A stretch of DNA of 64,000 nucleotides from Octopus sinensis (lineage: Eukaryota). The notes below the pieces were generated by a model. That model made no database searches. It had not been told where the DNA came from and saw only the letters and a list, made by a program, of their open reading frames with translations. Positions 63,673-64,000 of the stretch are shown here, one piece after another. The position numbers and the translations under genes were made by a program. The stretch lies in the NCBI RefSeq assembly GCF_006345805.1, contig NC_042998.1, positions 78,554,001 through 78,618,000 of the forward strand, read 5' to 3'. Numbering within the stretch: the stretch's first letter is position 1; each line of letters opens with the position of its first letter.

Positions 63673-64000
63673 GAAAAAATTTATATATATATGATAAATG
63701 TTTAAGTAAAGGAAACAAAGAACTCTTGAAACATCTTGCTAATGCTCATGTGCTTGCATATTTCTTTTGTCATGTTCATATAATTAAGCACAAAAATATT
63801 GCAGAAAGTCTAGAGTATTAGACTACATTTTTTACAGTATTTAGTTTTAGATCTTTATGTTTAGAGTTCAAATCCCATTAGGTCAAGGTTGCCTTTCATC
63901 CATGTGGCAGATTGATAAAATAAGTACAAGTCCACAACATGTATGTAATTATTGCTCTAAACTTACAAATCCTTTTTATAATGATTATTATTAGAAAAGG

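Overview
Repeat-dense animal (eukaryotic) genomic DNA, most likely an octopus (coleoid cephalopod). That assignment rests on my recognition of the SINE families and the extreme (TA)n/(CA)n/(GA)n/(ATCT)n/(AAT)n microsatellite load; it was not checked against a database. I find no confident host protein-coding gene. Nearly all ORFs in the supplied track are microsatellite translations or pieces of decayed retroelements. The window holds many copies of at least three tRNA-headed SINE families (informally A, B, C) and decayed non-LTR retrotransposons of five kinds: RTE, CR1, an I/Jockey-group element, an R4/Dong-type element with restriction-like endonuclease, and a Penelope-like element. It also has three MITEs with readable target-site duplications (5 bp, 9 bp, TTAA), several fold-back structures and one 100-N assembly gap. 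The most interesting observations are: (i) two minimal hammerhead-ribozyme-like motifs about 200 bp apart at 15.4-15.6 kb, the type associated with Penelope-like elements; (ii) a CpG-depleted domain from about 57 kb to the window end (no CG between 61215 and 62795), which may mark a methylated gene body whose exons I cannot identify; (iii) retroelement families that sort by microsatellite type; (iv) a pervasive ~18-bp motif shared by three fold-backs; (v) a 5-bp-TSD MITE with CAG termini; and (vi) promoter-like motif clusters near 39.2 kb and 49.2 kb. Coordinates of decayed elements are approximate. All analysis was done by eye.
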